DNA from: an uncultured bacterium
Lineage (GTDB): Bacteria; Verrucomicrobiota; Verrucomicrobiia; Verrucomicrobiales; DEV007
DNA: 64,000 nucleotides
Reading direction: 5' to 3'
Assembly: GCA_963977015.1 (NCBI GenBank)
Contig: CAXBMO010000003.1
Coordinates: forward strand, 320,001 to 384,000
Shown: positions 38,857 to 49,311 of the stretch, in pieces
Layout of the letters: the number at the start of each line of letters is the position of its first letter
How positions within the stretch are numbered: the first letter of the stretch is position 1
The notes under the pieces: generated by a model
Told to the model about the DNA's origin: nothing
The model's input: the letters and a program-made list of their open reading frames with translations, nothing else
Databases searched by the model: none
Program-made: the position numbers and the translations under genes

Positions 38857-41800
38857 TCAAAGTAGTTCTTCGATTTTGGACCCAACGGCTTCTGCGGCAA
38901 CTTCCAGGGAATCCGAACCACGCAGCGAAACCACCCTCAATCCGCCGCTGATGCACTTGGACCACCCTAGATCTGAGTTCTCGGCTCTGAAAAACGACTT
39001 GGAAGCCCCCAACCTCAAGAGGGCAACATTCCCCGCATAGGATTCATCGAGATGCTCTTCGTCGAGCAGATACTGAATTCTGGCGAGCTTTTTCATTTTC
39101 TTCCAAACGCCAGCCACCTGCTTGTATTTCGCAGGCACATTCGCACCAATCCCCTCCCTTTTCGACAATCCGCCAAACCACCTTCGCCCGATCGAGGCAA
39201 ATCTCGGTTGAGCTTCAATGGGAATCACCAGGGGGACCTCTCGACCACCTTCCCGCAGTTGGCGCGCCATCTCGACTGCAACTCTCCCGCCAAAACCGAT
39301 TCCGCCAATCGAAACCGGCCCATCCCCAATTTGGGTTTGGATTTCAGACGCATAGTGCCTCGCCATGGAGCGAACGTCTCCGAATTCCTCAAAACCGCTC
39401 AAAGCGCGACTCGCAACGGCAAAAACCGGCCTCTCCGGTGAAACTGATGCAGCAATCCGCGAATAAATCCCCAACGCTCCCAGCCCCAGATCATGGATGA
39501 GAACGAGAGGGACTTTGCTTCCACCTTCCCTCAGCGGGATCAACCCAGACCAGTTGGATAGAGTATCGTCATAGCTTTTCAGGAACTGGCGTAATTCTGC
39601 GATGGTTTCCCGCGACCTCACCTCTTTGATTGAGACTTTCCGCTTCAACTGGTGGGTAAACGCAACCACCATTGCGGCAAGTCCATCCAGATCTCCTCCC
39701 AGTTCCGAGAATCGGAGGGTTTGATCTGACGGAACACCGCCAAGAATCTGTCCCCAAATAACGCCAACCTCCTTATCCAGATCCTCCCGTATCCTTCGCC
39801 TTCCGGTTCCGGGGGCTCTCTTTTTCGACAAATCAGACGCTGCGGGGCTGACTTTTTCAGAAGCCGTTTCCTCCTCCACCGCAGGTGACTCCAACAGTTC
39901 CACAGGTTTGTTTTTTTCCTGCTTCAACTCGGCGAATTCCAGATTCCCGCTTGGCATCCATCTCCCGGCAGTTTTCGCGACAAACCATCGTTCCCCCTTT
40001 ACCTCCACAATCGAACTCTGATCAGATTTCGATGAATCGGAATAGGCTTTGGCGATTGAGATTCCTCCAAACCACACCCTCCCCCACACGCCCAAGGGAA
40101 GAAGTTTTCCTGCCGAGTTTCGAACTTCCACCCGGGTGTTGTCCATGGGCTTGCCGAAGGACACTGGCGCCCCTGAATCACCGACTTCCACCGTATCAAA
40201 GGTGCTGGCGATTCCGGCCGTTTCCGTCTCTCCGTAGTAGGCGATCAACGTGGAATCCGGTATCCATTTCCGGAAATCCAGGACACCTTCGGTTTTCGGG
40301 CTCCCGTAAACAAACCAATGTCGCATGTTGACCAGATCCAATGCTTCCTCTTGTTGAATCGCCCTGATTAACGGTGCCAGCATCGCGTCGTCGGAAAACA
40401 TTCTCGAAACCCGATTGTTGATCAGAATCCGGATCAGATTCTCAGGATGGGTGACCGTTTTTCGATCGACGAGAACCACGGGAATTCCCTCGAGAAGCGG
40501 CACCAGTAGTTCGTAAATGAAATGGTGGGAGGCTGGCGAATGGTGGGCGCAGGCAGTTTGGCCGATTCTGAAAGGGTAGACACGCCAAAACCACGCAAAC
40601 CGATTGATCAAGGCTCGGTGGGAGATTTTGACGTAAGAATCATCAGACAACCTCAGAACCAAGGCCGTGGCGTCGGGCAGAATGGATACGGCACTGGCGG
40701 AATCGGAGTCGCGCTTTGAAAATGGGCGAAGCTTTTCGAGACTCAACCGCTTCGCGGGAAACTCCCTCACAACTGGAGCCGTTTGATCATGAATCCAAAC
40801 GACCGGCTGGAGATCCTCAAGAATTCCCCGAACGCCATCGGTCGCCTTACTTCCGTCAATGGGAACGACCGCCGCCCCGATTTTCCATATCGCGAGAAAG
40901 CTCGCCACCAGATCAAGCGAACGTTCTGCCGATATCGCAATATTTTGGCCCGCTGAAGCCCCCATGCTCCGCAATTGAACCGCGATCTGATTCACCCGGG
41001 TATTCAGCTTGTTGTAGGAGGCGTTTCCCTGGTTATCAACCAACGCCGTGGTCGCCGGCCGAAGCTCGTATCGGGCTTCAAAAAGCTGATGAATCGTTCT
41101 TCCGCGAAAGTCGCTCAACCGCTCCGTCTCATTCCATTCCGAGAGACTTTCCCGCTCATTCTCAGTGAGAAACTCAACGTCAACAATGGGCCGGTCCGGA
41201 TCAGAGGATAGCCAGGCCGCCAACGTCACGAGATGGCCCATGATGCGATTGGCGCCCCCTCTCGAGAACCGAAAGGTATTGTATTGGAGCGAAAGCCCGC
41301 TCTTTGCTGACCACGAAAAGGCGAGATCGCACCCTGCGGATGAAATTCTGGAGGCTGGGTATTCCCCAAACACGACGGACATCGCCGGACGTAACTTGGA
41401 GATATCTCTGGCTGCCATCTCCTCCAGCAACTCTCTCGACGGACTCGAACGCGAAACCAATCCGGGTTTTTCCAACAGATCCCGGAAGCTCGTCCGATGA
41501 TCGAAGGTTGATTGGACGACTGCAGTGGCAGAAACAAATCCAAGAATCAAATCGGCAATCGGGTCTTCGCAGCGCGGGCGAGTCAAGGGTTGGTCCGAAC
41601 TTGTCCCCATTGCTATCTGCTCGGTTTCCTGACCGTAACCGATCAACAGCGCCAAAACCAACGCCTCCCAAAGTTCGGCCAGCGAACGATTCACCTCCTC
41701 AGCAAACGCGATCATCAGTGGCTCAATTCCCGCTTCCAGCCGTCGCTCCACCTTGGCAAAGTGAAATCCATCACCCGGCTTCGCGGGGAGATCAAACGGG

Positions 41801-41904
41801 AGATTGATCGCGCTTTCGTCGGTGCACAGCTTCTGCTGCCAATAAGCATCGGCGACACTTTCAGAAACGATTTCAGGATTGGTGGGTAACGGACTTTCAG
41901 TCAT
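38857..41904 (-). CDS. NRPS-like protein (partial C - A core - T - TE) with degenerate catalytic motifs
   Basis: YWQQKL..LPFD, LILGF, L.YNT.RF, FLT..ER..L.EWNET, SY..LN..VNQIA..L, WKIGAAVVPID, SHRAL, YG.TE, GKP..NT, F.ELGGD, L.PLR.GG...PL.LIH, A.EMARQL. Active-site residues are absent (see findings). Confidence 0.85.
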   Translation of the reverse strand: MTESPLPTNPEIVSESVADAYWQQKLCTDESAINLPFDLPAKPGDGFHFAKVERRLEAGIEPLMIAFAEEVNRSLAELWEALVLALLIGYGQETEQIAMGTSSDQPLTRPRCEDPIADLILGFVSATAVVQSTFDHRTSFRDLLEKPGLVSRSSPSRELLEEMAARDISKLRPAMSVVFGEYPASRISSAGCDLAFSWSAKSGLSLQYNTFRFSRGGANRIMGHLVTLAAWLSSDPDRPIVDVEFLTENERESLSEWNETERLSDFRGRTIHQLFEARYELRPATTALVDNQGNASYNKLNTRVNQIAVQLRSMGASAGQNIAISAERSLDLVASFLAIWKIGAAVVPIDGSKATDGVRGILEDLQPVVWIHDQTAPVVREFPAKRLSLEKLRPFSKRDSDSASAVSILPDATALVLRLSDDSYVKISHRALINRFAWFWRVYPFRIGQTACAHHSPASHHFIYELLVPLLEGIPVVLVDRKTVTHPENLIRILINNRVSRMFSDDAMLAPLIRAIQQEEALDLVNMRHWFVYGSPKTEGVLDFRKWIPDSTLIAYYGETETAGIASTFDTVEVGDSGAPVSFGKPMDNTRVEVRNSAGKLLPLGVWGRVWFGGISIAKAYSDSSKSDQSSIVEVKGERWFVAKTAGRWMPSGNLEFAELKQEKNKPVELLESPAVEEETASEKVSPAASDLSKKRAPGTGRRRIREDLDKEVGVIWGQILGGVPSDQTLRFSELGGDLDGLAAMVVAFTHQLKRKVSIKEVRSRETIAELRQFLKSYDDTLSNWSGLIPLREGGSKVPLVLIHDLGLGALGIYSRIAASVSPERPVFAVASRALSGFEEFGDVRSMARHYASEIQTQIGDGPVSIGGIGFGGRVAVEMARQLREGGREVPLVIPIEAQPRFASIGRRWFGGLSKREGIGANVPAKYKQVAGVWKKMKKLARIQYLLDEEHLDESYAGNVALLRLGASKSFFRAENSDLGWSKCISGGLRVVSLRGSDSLEVAAEAVGSKIEELL

Positions 41905-42109
41905 TGCGACGCTGCATCGCGACAATTATGGACTACTGGAGTGGGTTGGATTGGCGATTGGCGGAAATTACTCACTAATGGGATGATTTTCCACCGGCAG
42001 ACGAGAGTTTCGCCGGAACGGACGCGATGTGCACTCTCGCGAGGCAGGATCGCTCGTTCTTTCTTCCACTTAGACGATGATCAACCCCGATCAGTCGCGA
42101 TTTTCTCCG

Positions 42110-42442
42110 TCACTTCCGAGGCATCTTCAAGACGACCGAAAGGAGCCAACATTGGATCAACCAAATCGGGCAAAACACAGATGTCGGGCCGGGAAATGGC
42201 ACCTTCCTGAATCCAGGCAACCATCGTGGATTGGGGTCCCCCGAATGGCGCTGACTGATTTCAAATCGATTTCCAATTCGGCGTGTGTCATAGCCAATCG
42301 CAACGCAACTTCGCTCAAACGAAAGGATCGCTGCTTTCTCTCCGAACGGAACGATCACGGCAATCCAGCCATCGCTTGTCTTGAAGGCCAGAATCGCAAG
42401 AAACACCATCAGGCCAATGACCATGGAACGGCGATAGGTCAC
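42110..42442 (-). CDS. Small hypothetical membrane protein
   Basis: GTG start overlaps the purD stop (GTGA); hydrophobic N- and C-terminal segments. Confidence 0.4.
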   Translation of the reverse strand: MTYRRSMVIGLMVFLAILAFKTSDGWIAVIVPFGEKAAILSFERSCVAIGYDTRRIGNRFEISQRHSGDPNPRWLPGFRKVPFPGPTSVFCPIWLIQCWLLSVVLKMPRK

Positions 42443-43692
42443 CCGAAATGCAACCTTCCGATGTCCGAGCGACGTTGGCAGCCCGGAAAATCCACTTTAC
42501 CAGCTTCACGATAAACTTTAGTCACGGCTTCCTCGCGGCTCTTCCCGGACGCGACGACGGCAAGCACCCGGCCTCCGTTCGTTTCGTAGTTTCCTTCGGG
42601 ATTCTTTCGCGTCCCCGCATGGTAGATGCGACTCCCCTCAACGTCCCGCAACCCTGAAATCACGTCGCCCGACCGAGACGATTCTGGATATCCGGCGGAT
42701 GCCAAAATCAGGCAAACGCTCCAATCATCGGAAAAACTGATCTGATCGGGTTCGAGATTTCCCTTCGCTGCATTCAACAGGTATTGGCTGAAGTTCCCGG
42801 AAACCAAGGGCATCACGGCCTGGGCCTCCGGATCGCCAAACCGGCAGTTGTATTCCAGCATCTTGGGCCCTGCGTTGGTCAGCATCAGCCCAAAATAGAG
42901 AAACCCACAGTAGTTGAGTCCATCAGCTTCCAGTCCCTCGATCGTCGGTTTGACCACAGTTTGATCGATCTCCCGGAGCATCGACTCGTCAATCAAGCCT
43001 GTGCGGCAAGATACGGCCCCCATTCCTCCAGTGTTTGGTCCCTGGTCACCATCGCCGATTCGCTTGTAGTCCCGCGCCGGAGCAAGAATTTGATAATCCG
43101 GGCCACTCACCGCCACAAAGATCGAGATTTCGGGTCCTTCCAAAAACTCTTCCACGAGAACCTTCCCCTCCCCAAACTCACCGTTGATGAAAACGCGTTC
43201 GAGAAAGGAGTCCGCTGACGCCTCGTCTGGACAGATCGCGACCCCTTTCCCCGCGGCCAATCCATCGAACTTCAAAACCGTGGGATAGCTGGAAATGGCT
43301 TCCTTGGCAGCCTGAAAGGAATCCGCCATCGCATAACCGCCGGTCGGAATTCCATGCTTGACCATAAACTGCTTTGCAAAATCCTTACTCGCCTCAAGTT
43401 GAGCAGCTGCTTTGGGCGGCCCCCAGCAAGGCACTCCGATCGACTGACAAACTGCCGCCAGCCCCTCATCCTTCACCAGGTAACTCTCTTCACCAGCGAC
43501 ACATAGGTCGATGGAATTTGCGCGCATAAACTCGCCCAAGCTGCTCAATCCGTCCGCCTCAACCGGCTTCGCAATCTGAAAGATCGCATCACTTCCCGGA
43601 AATGAGTAAATCTCCGTTTCGGTTGGAGATTCATGGATTGCGGTGATCAACGCATGTTCGCGTCCGCCTTTGCCTACTACCAAAATTTTCAT
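42439..43692 (-). CDS. purD: Phosphoribosylamine-glycine ligase
   Basis: G.GGREHAL, LEASK.FAK, K.DGLAAGKGV, EEFL.GPE, GPNTGGMGA, EYNCRFGDPE, GGRVL. Confidence 0.97.
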   Translation of the reverse strand: MKILVVGKGGREHALITAIHESPTETEIYSFPGSDAIFQIAKPVEADGLSSLGEFMRANSIDLCVAGEESYLVKDEGLAAVCQSIGVPCWGPPKAAAQLEASKDFAKQFMVKHGIPTGGYAMADSFQAAKEAISSYPTVLKFDGLAAGKGVAICPDEASADSFLERVFINGEFGEGKVLVEEFLEGPEISIFVAVSGPDYQILAPARDYKRIGDGDQGPNTGGMGAVSCRTGLIDESMLREIDQTVVKPTIEGLEADGLNYCGFLYFGLMLTNAGPKMLEYNCRFGDPEAQAVMPLVSGNFSQYLLNAAKGNLEPDQISFSDDWSVCLILASAGYPESSRSGDVISGLRDVEGSRIYHAGTRKNPEGNYETNGGRVLAVVASGKSREEAVTKVYREAGKVDFPGCQRRSDIGRLHFG

Positions 43693-45665
43693 GATTTCAC
43701 TCCGACTTCAGATTGAACCTGACTGAGCCAACGATCGTAGGGCCTTTGGTCTTCATTCTGTTCGATGAAGTTTACAAAGGCCTGGTTCACAACCCGAAAG
43801 CCACCCGGCGTCGGATAATTGCCGGTAAAATACCAGTCCCCATATTCCCTCCCCATCTCTCCGCGCATCGCCTCTTGGAGGTTCCCTATTTTCTGGAAGA
43901 TCAGAACGACTTCCTTGTCCCATTCCGGATCATCCGGAGTGACCCCCTTCGCCATTGCCTTGGAAATTTCCTCAGGAGTGAAGGGTTTGTAAATTTCCTT
44001 CACGAAGTTTCGTTTCTCACACTCATCACTTTCCAGAGCGGATTTACAGGCAATGTAGGTTTCGGCAATGATGTGCCCTTGATCCGTATCGAGCAGCAGA
44101 TCAATCGTGGCTGAAAAGGCGAGAAATTTCCCCAACTCGCTCATATCGATACCGTAACAGTCCGGAAACCGAATCTGAGGCGCGGTTGAAACAACCACGA
44201 TTTTGCGTGGCTTCAACCGCCCGAGAATCCCGATCAAAGACTCCTTCAACGTCGTGCCCCGGACGATCGAGTCGTCGAGCGCGACCAGCGTATCCACCCG
44301 TTTAATCTGACCGTAGGTGATGTCGTAGCCGAGGGCCACCATCTCGTTGCGTCCCTTTTCGCCACTGATGAACGTGCGGAACCGCTCGTCCTTGTGAGCC
44401 AACTTCTCTCCCTTTGGCCAGGGGCGGTCGATCAACTCATCCAACATTTGTTCCGCAGTGCCTTCCTCCATCGCAGCCGCGAGATCCTTTCGCAATTGCT
44501 GGCGCCGGCGACGGTTGAGTTCATCCATCATCCCGAGGTATCCGGTTTCGGCCGTGTTGGGAATAAAGGTGAACACCGCTTCGCCAAAGCCGCCTCCAAT
44601 CTCTTCCAGCACTTGATCCACGAGGGCTGCCCCCATGGCCTTCCGTTCGCGGTAAATGTCATGATCACTTCCGCGGCTGAAGTAGATCCGCTCAAAAGAG
44701 CAGGGCAAGCGCTCGCTCGGCTCCGTGAATTGTTCGATCCTGAAATCTCCTTCTTCGGTGTTTTTGATCGAAGCGACGTGACCAGGCTCCAGTTCCTGAA
44801 TTTCTCCCAAAGGCTTGTCAAAAACCGTCATCAACGGAGGCCTTTCCGACGCGAAGGCGATGACCTCATCATCCACGAAATAGTGACAGGGCCGAATTCC
44901 GTTGGGATCCCGCATCACAAATCCATCGCCGTTCCCCACCGCACCGGCAATCGTGTAACCGCCGTCCCAGTCCCTCGCCGCATTCTCCAGCACTTTGCGA
45001 ACGCAAAGTTCTTCGCTGATCCGGTCCGGAATGGTCGCACCGGGAAGCTCATTCTGATAGCGGTGATAAACCGCGTCGTGAGCTTGATCGAGATAGAAGC
45101 CAATATCTTCGAGCACGACCTGGGTATCGATATCCTGAAAGGGATGCTGACCGCGATTCACCATCGCCGTCTTCAATTCGCCAACATTGGTCATGTTGAA
45201 GTTCCCCAACAGCATCAAGGACTTCGTCTTCCAGTTCGATTCCCTTACTTGCGGATGGCAGAACTTCTTGTTCGAGGATCCACCGGATGTTGAATAGCGG
45301 AGGTGGCCGAACAGGTTCTCGCCACCGAACGCAAAGTAGCGCTTTACGCTTTCCGGACGGTCTTTGCTGATCTTTCCGTCTCGCTTCAGTCCACGATACT
45401 CCTTCAGGATATCGCCAAAGACGGGGCCCAACGCGTCCCGCTTCGCGGATCGCTCGTGAAACATGTAACGCTGGCCGTGGTCGACATTGACCTTACAACA
45501 GCCAAACCCGACGCCGTCATGGCCGCGGTTGCGCTGTTTTTGGAGGAGGAAGAAAAGCTTCTTCAGCCCCCAAAGTGGGTCACCGTACTTCTCGGTGTAA
45601 TAGCTGTGGGGCTTGCGGAGCCTGACATAGGCAATCCCGCATTCGTGCTTGATTGGGTCGCTCAT
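43689..45665 (-). CDS. purF: Amidophosphoribosyltransferase (long form)
   Basis: MSDPIKHE|CG Ntn nucleophile, RGHDG, GHLRYST, RDPNGIRP, ASE, CSFERIYFSR, PRPP loop LDDSIVRGTT, CYGIDM. Confidence 0.93.
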   Translation of the reverse strand: MSDPIKHECGIAYVRLRKPHSYYTEKYGDPLWGLKKLFFLLQKQRNRGHDGVGFGCCKVNVDHGQRYMFHERSAKRDALGPVFGDILKEYRGLKRDGKISKDRPESVKRYFAFGGENLFGHLRYSTSGGSSNKKFCHPQVRESNWKTKSLMLLGNFNMTNVGELKTAMVNRGQHPFQDIDTQVVLEDIGFYLDQAHDAVYHRYQNELPGATIPDRISEELCVRKVLENAARDWDGGYTIAGAVGNGDGFVMRDPNGIRPCHYFVDDEVIAFASERPPLMTVFDKPLGEIQELEPGHVASIKNTEEGDFRIEQFTEPSERLPCSFERIYFSRGSDHDIYRERKAMGAALVDQVLEEIGGGFGEAVFTFIPNTAETGYLGMMDELNRRRRQQLRKDLAAAMEEGTAEQMLDELIDRPWPKGEKLAHKDERFRTFISGEKGRNEMVALGYDITYGQIKRVDTLVALDDSIVRGTTLKESLIGILGRLKPRKIVVVSTAPQIRFPDCYGIDMSELGKFLAFSATIDLLLDTDQGHIIAETYIACKSALESDECEKRNFVKEIYKPFTPEEISKAMAKGVTPDDPEWDKEVVLIFQKIGNLQEAMRGEMGREYGDWYFTGNYPTPGGFRVVNQAFVNFIEQNEDQRPYDRWLSQVQSEVGVKS

Positions 45666-45747
45666 TGCGAAGGTTGAGTGGGCTGCCTCCGAATAAGTGA
45701 AAACCGCTCAACCTGCAAACGGCAATTCCAACGGAAAAATCGCTTGT

Positions 45748-46734
45748 TCACCCTGCGAAATCGACCCTGACCTTACCTGAATCGTTCACCTCTCCGAGAT
45801 TCACGGCACCCGGCCCGCAGGACAAGGCGGCACCCGCTTGTTCTGGTGGCACGATCGCCACCCAACCGAATCCGAGATTGAACGTATTTGCGACATCGCT
45901 TTTGTCGCAATGGGCCAAAACTTTCGGCACGGCTCCCAATTCCCAGGCCGGAACCGACAAATCCGCGCCAAGGTTTCCAAAAAGACGCTCCAAATTCTCC
46001 GGCAATCCTCCTCCGGTAATGTGGGCAAACGCCCGGGCCTGAATCTCAGCCTCCTTCAGGCTTTGCACCACATCGTGATAAAGCCGCGTTGGCGCCAGCA
46101 GGTTCCGAATCTCCTCATCGCTAAACTGGGTCGCGTTTTCCCGCAGCACCCGGCGAACCAGACTCCAACCATTGGCGTGAAACCCGTCGGAGGCGTATCC
46201 GATCACCACATCTCCAATTCTGATTTGGCGGGGATCCAGCAAATTCTCTTTCTCGGCCGCACCAATACAAAATCCAGAGAGTTCGATCACTCCATCCGGA
46301 ACGATTCCCGGCATTTCCGCGGTCTCTCCACCTGCCAGGATACAATCGCAACTTTCGAGATACTCCACCATTCCCGCGACAAGCCGGGTGATCTTCTTGG
46401 GCTCCAGCTTGGCAATTCCAATGTAATCCAGAAAAAGCAGCGGATCACCACCGGTCGTCAGAATGTCGTTCACACTCATCGCGACCAGGTCCTTCCCCGC
46501 AGCCTCCAAGAGGTCATGGGCGAGAAGGAGCTCCAATTTGGTTCCAACTCCATCACAACCAGTCACGATGACCGGAGCGTTGTATCCTGAAAGGTCATAA
46601 CTCGCGGCGAACAACCCGAAAGCCTGATGTAATTGACGGTTCTTTTGGGTACGCTGGCAGAGCTCGCCAATATCGCCGACAATTTCAGCCGCTTCATGGA
46701 TATCGACTCCCGCGTCTTTGTAAGTGAGGGACAT
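45748..46734 (-). CDS. purM: Phosphoribosylformylglycinamidine cyclo-ligase (AIR synthase)
   Basis: YKDAGVDI, DGVGTK, DLVAMSVND, FLDY, GGETAEMPG, G.H.NG.SL.R, AHITGGG..EN, TFN.G. Start set at MSLTY. Confidence 0.96.
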   Translation of the reverse strand: MSLTYKDAGVDIHEAAEIVGDIGELCQRTQKNRQLHQAFGLFAASYDLSGYNAPVIVTGCDGVGTKLELLLAHDLLEAAGKDLVAMSVNDILTTGGDPLLFLDYIGIAKLEPKKITRLVAGMVEYLESCDCILAGGETAEMPGIVPDGVIELSGFCIGAAEKENLLDPRQIRIGDVVIGYASDGFHANGWSLVRRVLRENATQFSDEEIRNLLAPTRLYHDVVQSLKEAEIQARAFAHITGGGLPENLERLFGNLGADLSVPAWELGAVPKVLAHCDKSDVANTFNLGFGWVAIVPPEQAGAALSCGPGAVNLGEVNDSGKVRVDFAG

Positions 46735-46817
46735 GAGGCGAACGGAATTCATAACGCCGTAAAGTCCAGCGCGAAATCTTGGGTTGAAGTGACTTTCCGC
46801 TTCCGCCATCGGTAGTT

Positions 46818-47672
46818 GTGCCCGCCGAAACAGGAACATCGTTCGCGTTTTCGCTCGAATCCGAGATGTGGAAGATCAATCACGAGCGATGTGGGCTCCT
46901 GTTCGGCCCAGCTGCGGCCATTCTCCAAATCGCCCACCCGCGAATCGCGCAGGGCGTGGCCGATCACAGCGATTTCGAATTCGACACGGTTGGCCGACTC
47001 AGGCGAACCCTGGCATCCACCAATCGGATCGCATTTGGCACGATCAAGGATGCCGAACATACCAAAGAACGGCTGAAAAGCGTCCACCAGCAGGTTCAGG
47101 GAAGAACTTCGGATACCATGGAAGGTCCACCAAGCTATTCTGCCTTTGAGCCCGACTTATTGCTATGGGTTCTCGGGACGTTGATCATGGCGGCGCTTCA
47201 AGGCCATGAACTCGCGCGAGGTCCTCTCCCCGCCGACCGGAAGGATGGCTTTTACCATGATATGCGTAGATTCGGCACCTATTTTGGGTTGAAGAAGGAC
47301 TTTGGCCCCTCCGACTTCAGGGCGTTTCAGGATTACTACCAAGAGATGCTGTCCGGAGATTTACTTGGCAGCCACCCTCTCTGCGAGAAATTGACTCACT
47401 CAATCGTTTACCCCGAGGACTCGCTGGAGACCAAGGTTCTCGGTCAGGTTTTGGCCTTTCTCCCCATTGAGACTCTCCCCGCTGACCTGCTCCCACGCCT
47501 GGGCCTGGCATCAACTCGTTCGACAAGGATCAAATTTCGCTTCCTGAAAAAACTTCTCCCATCTATTTATACGGCAATCCCGAAGATACTTCGCTTGTAT
47601 CCAGAGTCGCAAGAACGCCTGAAACGCGAACACGAGCCCCAATCATTTCGAACATCCCATCCTACCAAATGA
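46818..47672 (+). CDS. DUF2236 / MpaB-like oxygenase-family protein
   Basis: G.AA.LQIAHP.IA.GV.DHS.F, RL.RT, H..V.G, YSA..PDLLLWV..TL. Confidence 0.85.
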   Translation: MPAETGTSFAFSLESEMWKINHERCGLLFGPAAAILQIAHPRIAQGVADHSDFEFDTVGRLRRTLASTNRIAFGTIKDAEHTKERLKSVHQQVQGRTSDTMEGPPSYSAFEPDLLLWVLGTLIMAALQGHELARGPLPADRKDGFYHDMRRFGTYFGLKKDFGPSDFRAFQDYYQEMLSGDLLGSHPLCEKLTHSIVYPEDSLETKVLGQVLAFLPIETLPADLLPRLGLASTRSTRIKFRFLKKLLPSIYTAIPKILRLYPESQERLKREHEPQSFRTSHPTK

Positions 47673-48940
47673 CCAAAAGCCCTATGAACCGCCTCCTTTG
47701 CCTGTTCCTCTCCCTCACTCCGTGGCTCGCCTCAGCGGAATGGACCCAATTCCGTGGATCCGGCGGGCAGGGACATGTCGAAGAAGGTGCACAGCTTCCC
47801 CTGGAGTGGAGTGCGGAGAAAAACGTGACTTGGCGGGTGGATCTCCCAGGCAAAGGGTGGTCTTCACCGATCGTCCATCAGGGAAAAATTTACCTCACCG
47901 CAGCCATCGCGGAAACCCGTGACCAGGATCGCACAGGGGTAGACCGCTCCTTGGTTACCATCGCTCTCGATGCCAAGAGTGGCGAAATCCTCTGGCAAAC
48001 CCAGGTCTTTCAGCAAGACGGCGCACGGGAGGCAAGGATCCACAAGAAGAACAGCCATGCCTCCTCCACTCCAATCATTGCCTGGGATCATTTGTTTGTT
48101 CACTTTGGCCATCAGGGAACCGCCTGCCTCAACCTCGACGGTAAAGTCTTGTGGACAAACCAAGACCTGACCTACAAGCCCGTTCACGGAAATGGGGGCT
48201 CACCAATTGTGGTGGGCGACAAGCTCATTTTCAGCTGTGACGGTCCGCCAGATCCTTTCGTGGCGGCATTACACGTCAAAACCGGTCGCGTTGCCTGGAA
48301 AACCCCACGAAACACCAAAGCGAGTAAGAAATTCTCGTTCTGCACCCCAATCCTCCTGGACGTTGACGGCCGTAAAGAGGTCATCCTTCCGGGAAGCGGT
48401 AGCGTCTTTGCCTACGACCCACAAACTGGTGCAGAGTTGTGGCGATCGGGTTACGGTGAGGGCTATAGCGTTGTGCCTCGACCGGTCTTTGGACATGGGC
48501 TGATTTTCGCCAGCAGCGGTTACGACCGCCCAGCGATCTACGCCGTTCATCCCGGCGGAAGTGGGGATGTTACCAAGTCCCATATCGAATGGGCACACAC
48601 CGCAAAAGGCGCCCCACGCAACGCTTCGCCACTCCTTGTTGGTGATGAACTCTATCTTTTCGACGACAAGGGAATTGGTAGCTGCCTTGACGCAAAAACG
48701 GGTGACGTTCACTGGCAGGAACGTGTCGGAAGCGACATGTCAGCATCGCCGATCCACTCCAATGGCAAAATCTATGCTCTCGATGAGCAAGGCACGACCT
48801 ACGTAATTGAGGCCGGGACGGATTTCAACCTGCTCGCCGAAAATGCATTGGAAGAACGGACTCTCGCGTCTTTCGGGGTTGATGGAGACGCGCTACTCAT
48901 TCGGACCGAAACCGGGCTATTTCGGATCGAGGAGCGTTAG
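47669..48940 (+). CDS. Secreted PQQ-binding-like beta-propeller protein
   Basis: Signal peptide; W.QFRG..G.G, LP.EW, W...LPG.G.SSP, repeated L/VD..TG...W blades. Confidence 0.88.
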   Translation: MTKSPMNRLLCLFLSLTPWLASAEWTQFRGSGGQGHVEEGAQLPLEWSAEKNVTWRVDLPGKGWSSPIVHQGKIYLTAAIAETRDQDRTGVDRSLVTIALDAKSGEILWQTQVFQQDGAREARIHKKNSHASSTPIIAWDHLFVHFGHQGTACLNLDGKVLWTNQDLTYKPVHGNGGSPIVVGDKLIFSCDGPPDPFVAALHVKTGRVAWKTPRNTKASKKFSFCTPILLDVDGRKEVILPGSGSVFAYDPQTGAELWRSGYGEGYSVVPRPVFGHGLIFASSGYDRPAIYAVHPGGSGDVTKSHIEWAHTAKGAPRNASPLLVGDELYLFDDKGIGSCLDAKTGDVHWQERVGSDMSASPIHSNGKIYALDEQGTTYVIEAGTDFNLLAENALEERTLASFGVDGDALLIRTETGLFRIEER

Positions 48941-48948
48941 ACGCCTTC

Positions 48949-49311
48949 CTACCGAACAAAATACGTGTAGTGGGCTGAGACGGTGGAAACAACCCCCACT
49001 CCACCCACCAGAAAAAGGCCCAGCCCCGTCGCAATTGCCGGAAGACAGTCCACTCTCCGCAACATTGCCAATCGCACGGGTGAAGCGATCGCCACAGCCA
49101 ACGCGATTCCCACGAAGAGCAATTGCGCCGCTCCCCCAATCAAAAAGCCGACAATCCCAATTCCCAACGGCGTCAAAACTCCGACACGGAACCAAGGGCC
49201 ATCTTCAGCCAGTTGAGTTGCCACCATCAGCATCGCTCCGGAAAGCCCCAGAAAGACGGAAAGAACAGCGACGATCGAAAGCAAGAGCTCGGGCCAGGTG
49301 ATGAAGTCCAT
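48949..49311 (-). CDS. Small hypothetical membrane protein (~4 TM)
   Basis: 120-aa, highly hydrophobic ORF filling the gap between two plus-strand genes. Confidence 0.55.
   Translation of the reverse strand: MDFITWPELLLSIVAVLSVFLGLSGAMLMVATQLAEDGPWFRVGVLTPLGIGIVGFLIGGAAQLLFVGIALAVAIASPVRLAMLRRVDCLPAIATGLGLFLVGGVGVVSTVSAHYTYFVR

Noticed and set aside
41948-41962. GATTGGC tandem duplication upstream of the NRPS-like gene
   Set aside because: Only two 7-nt copies; compatible with chance.
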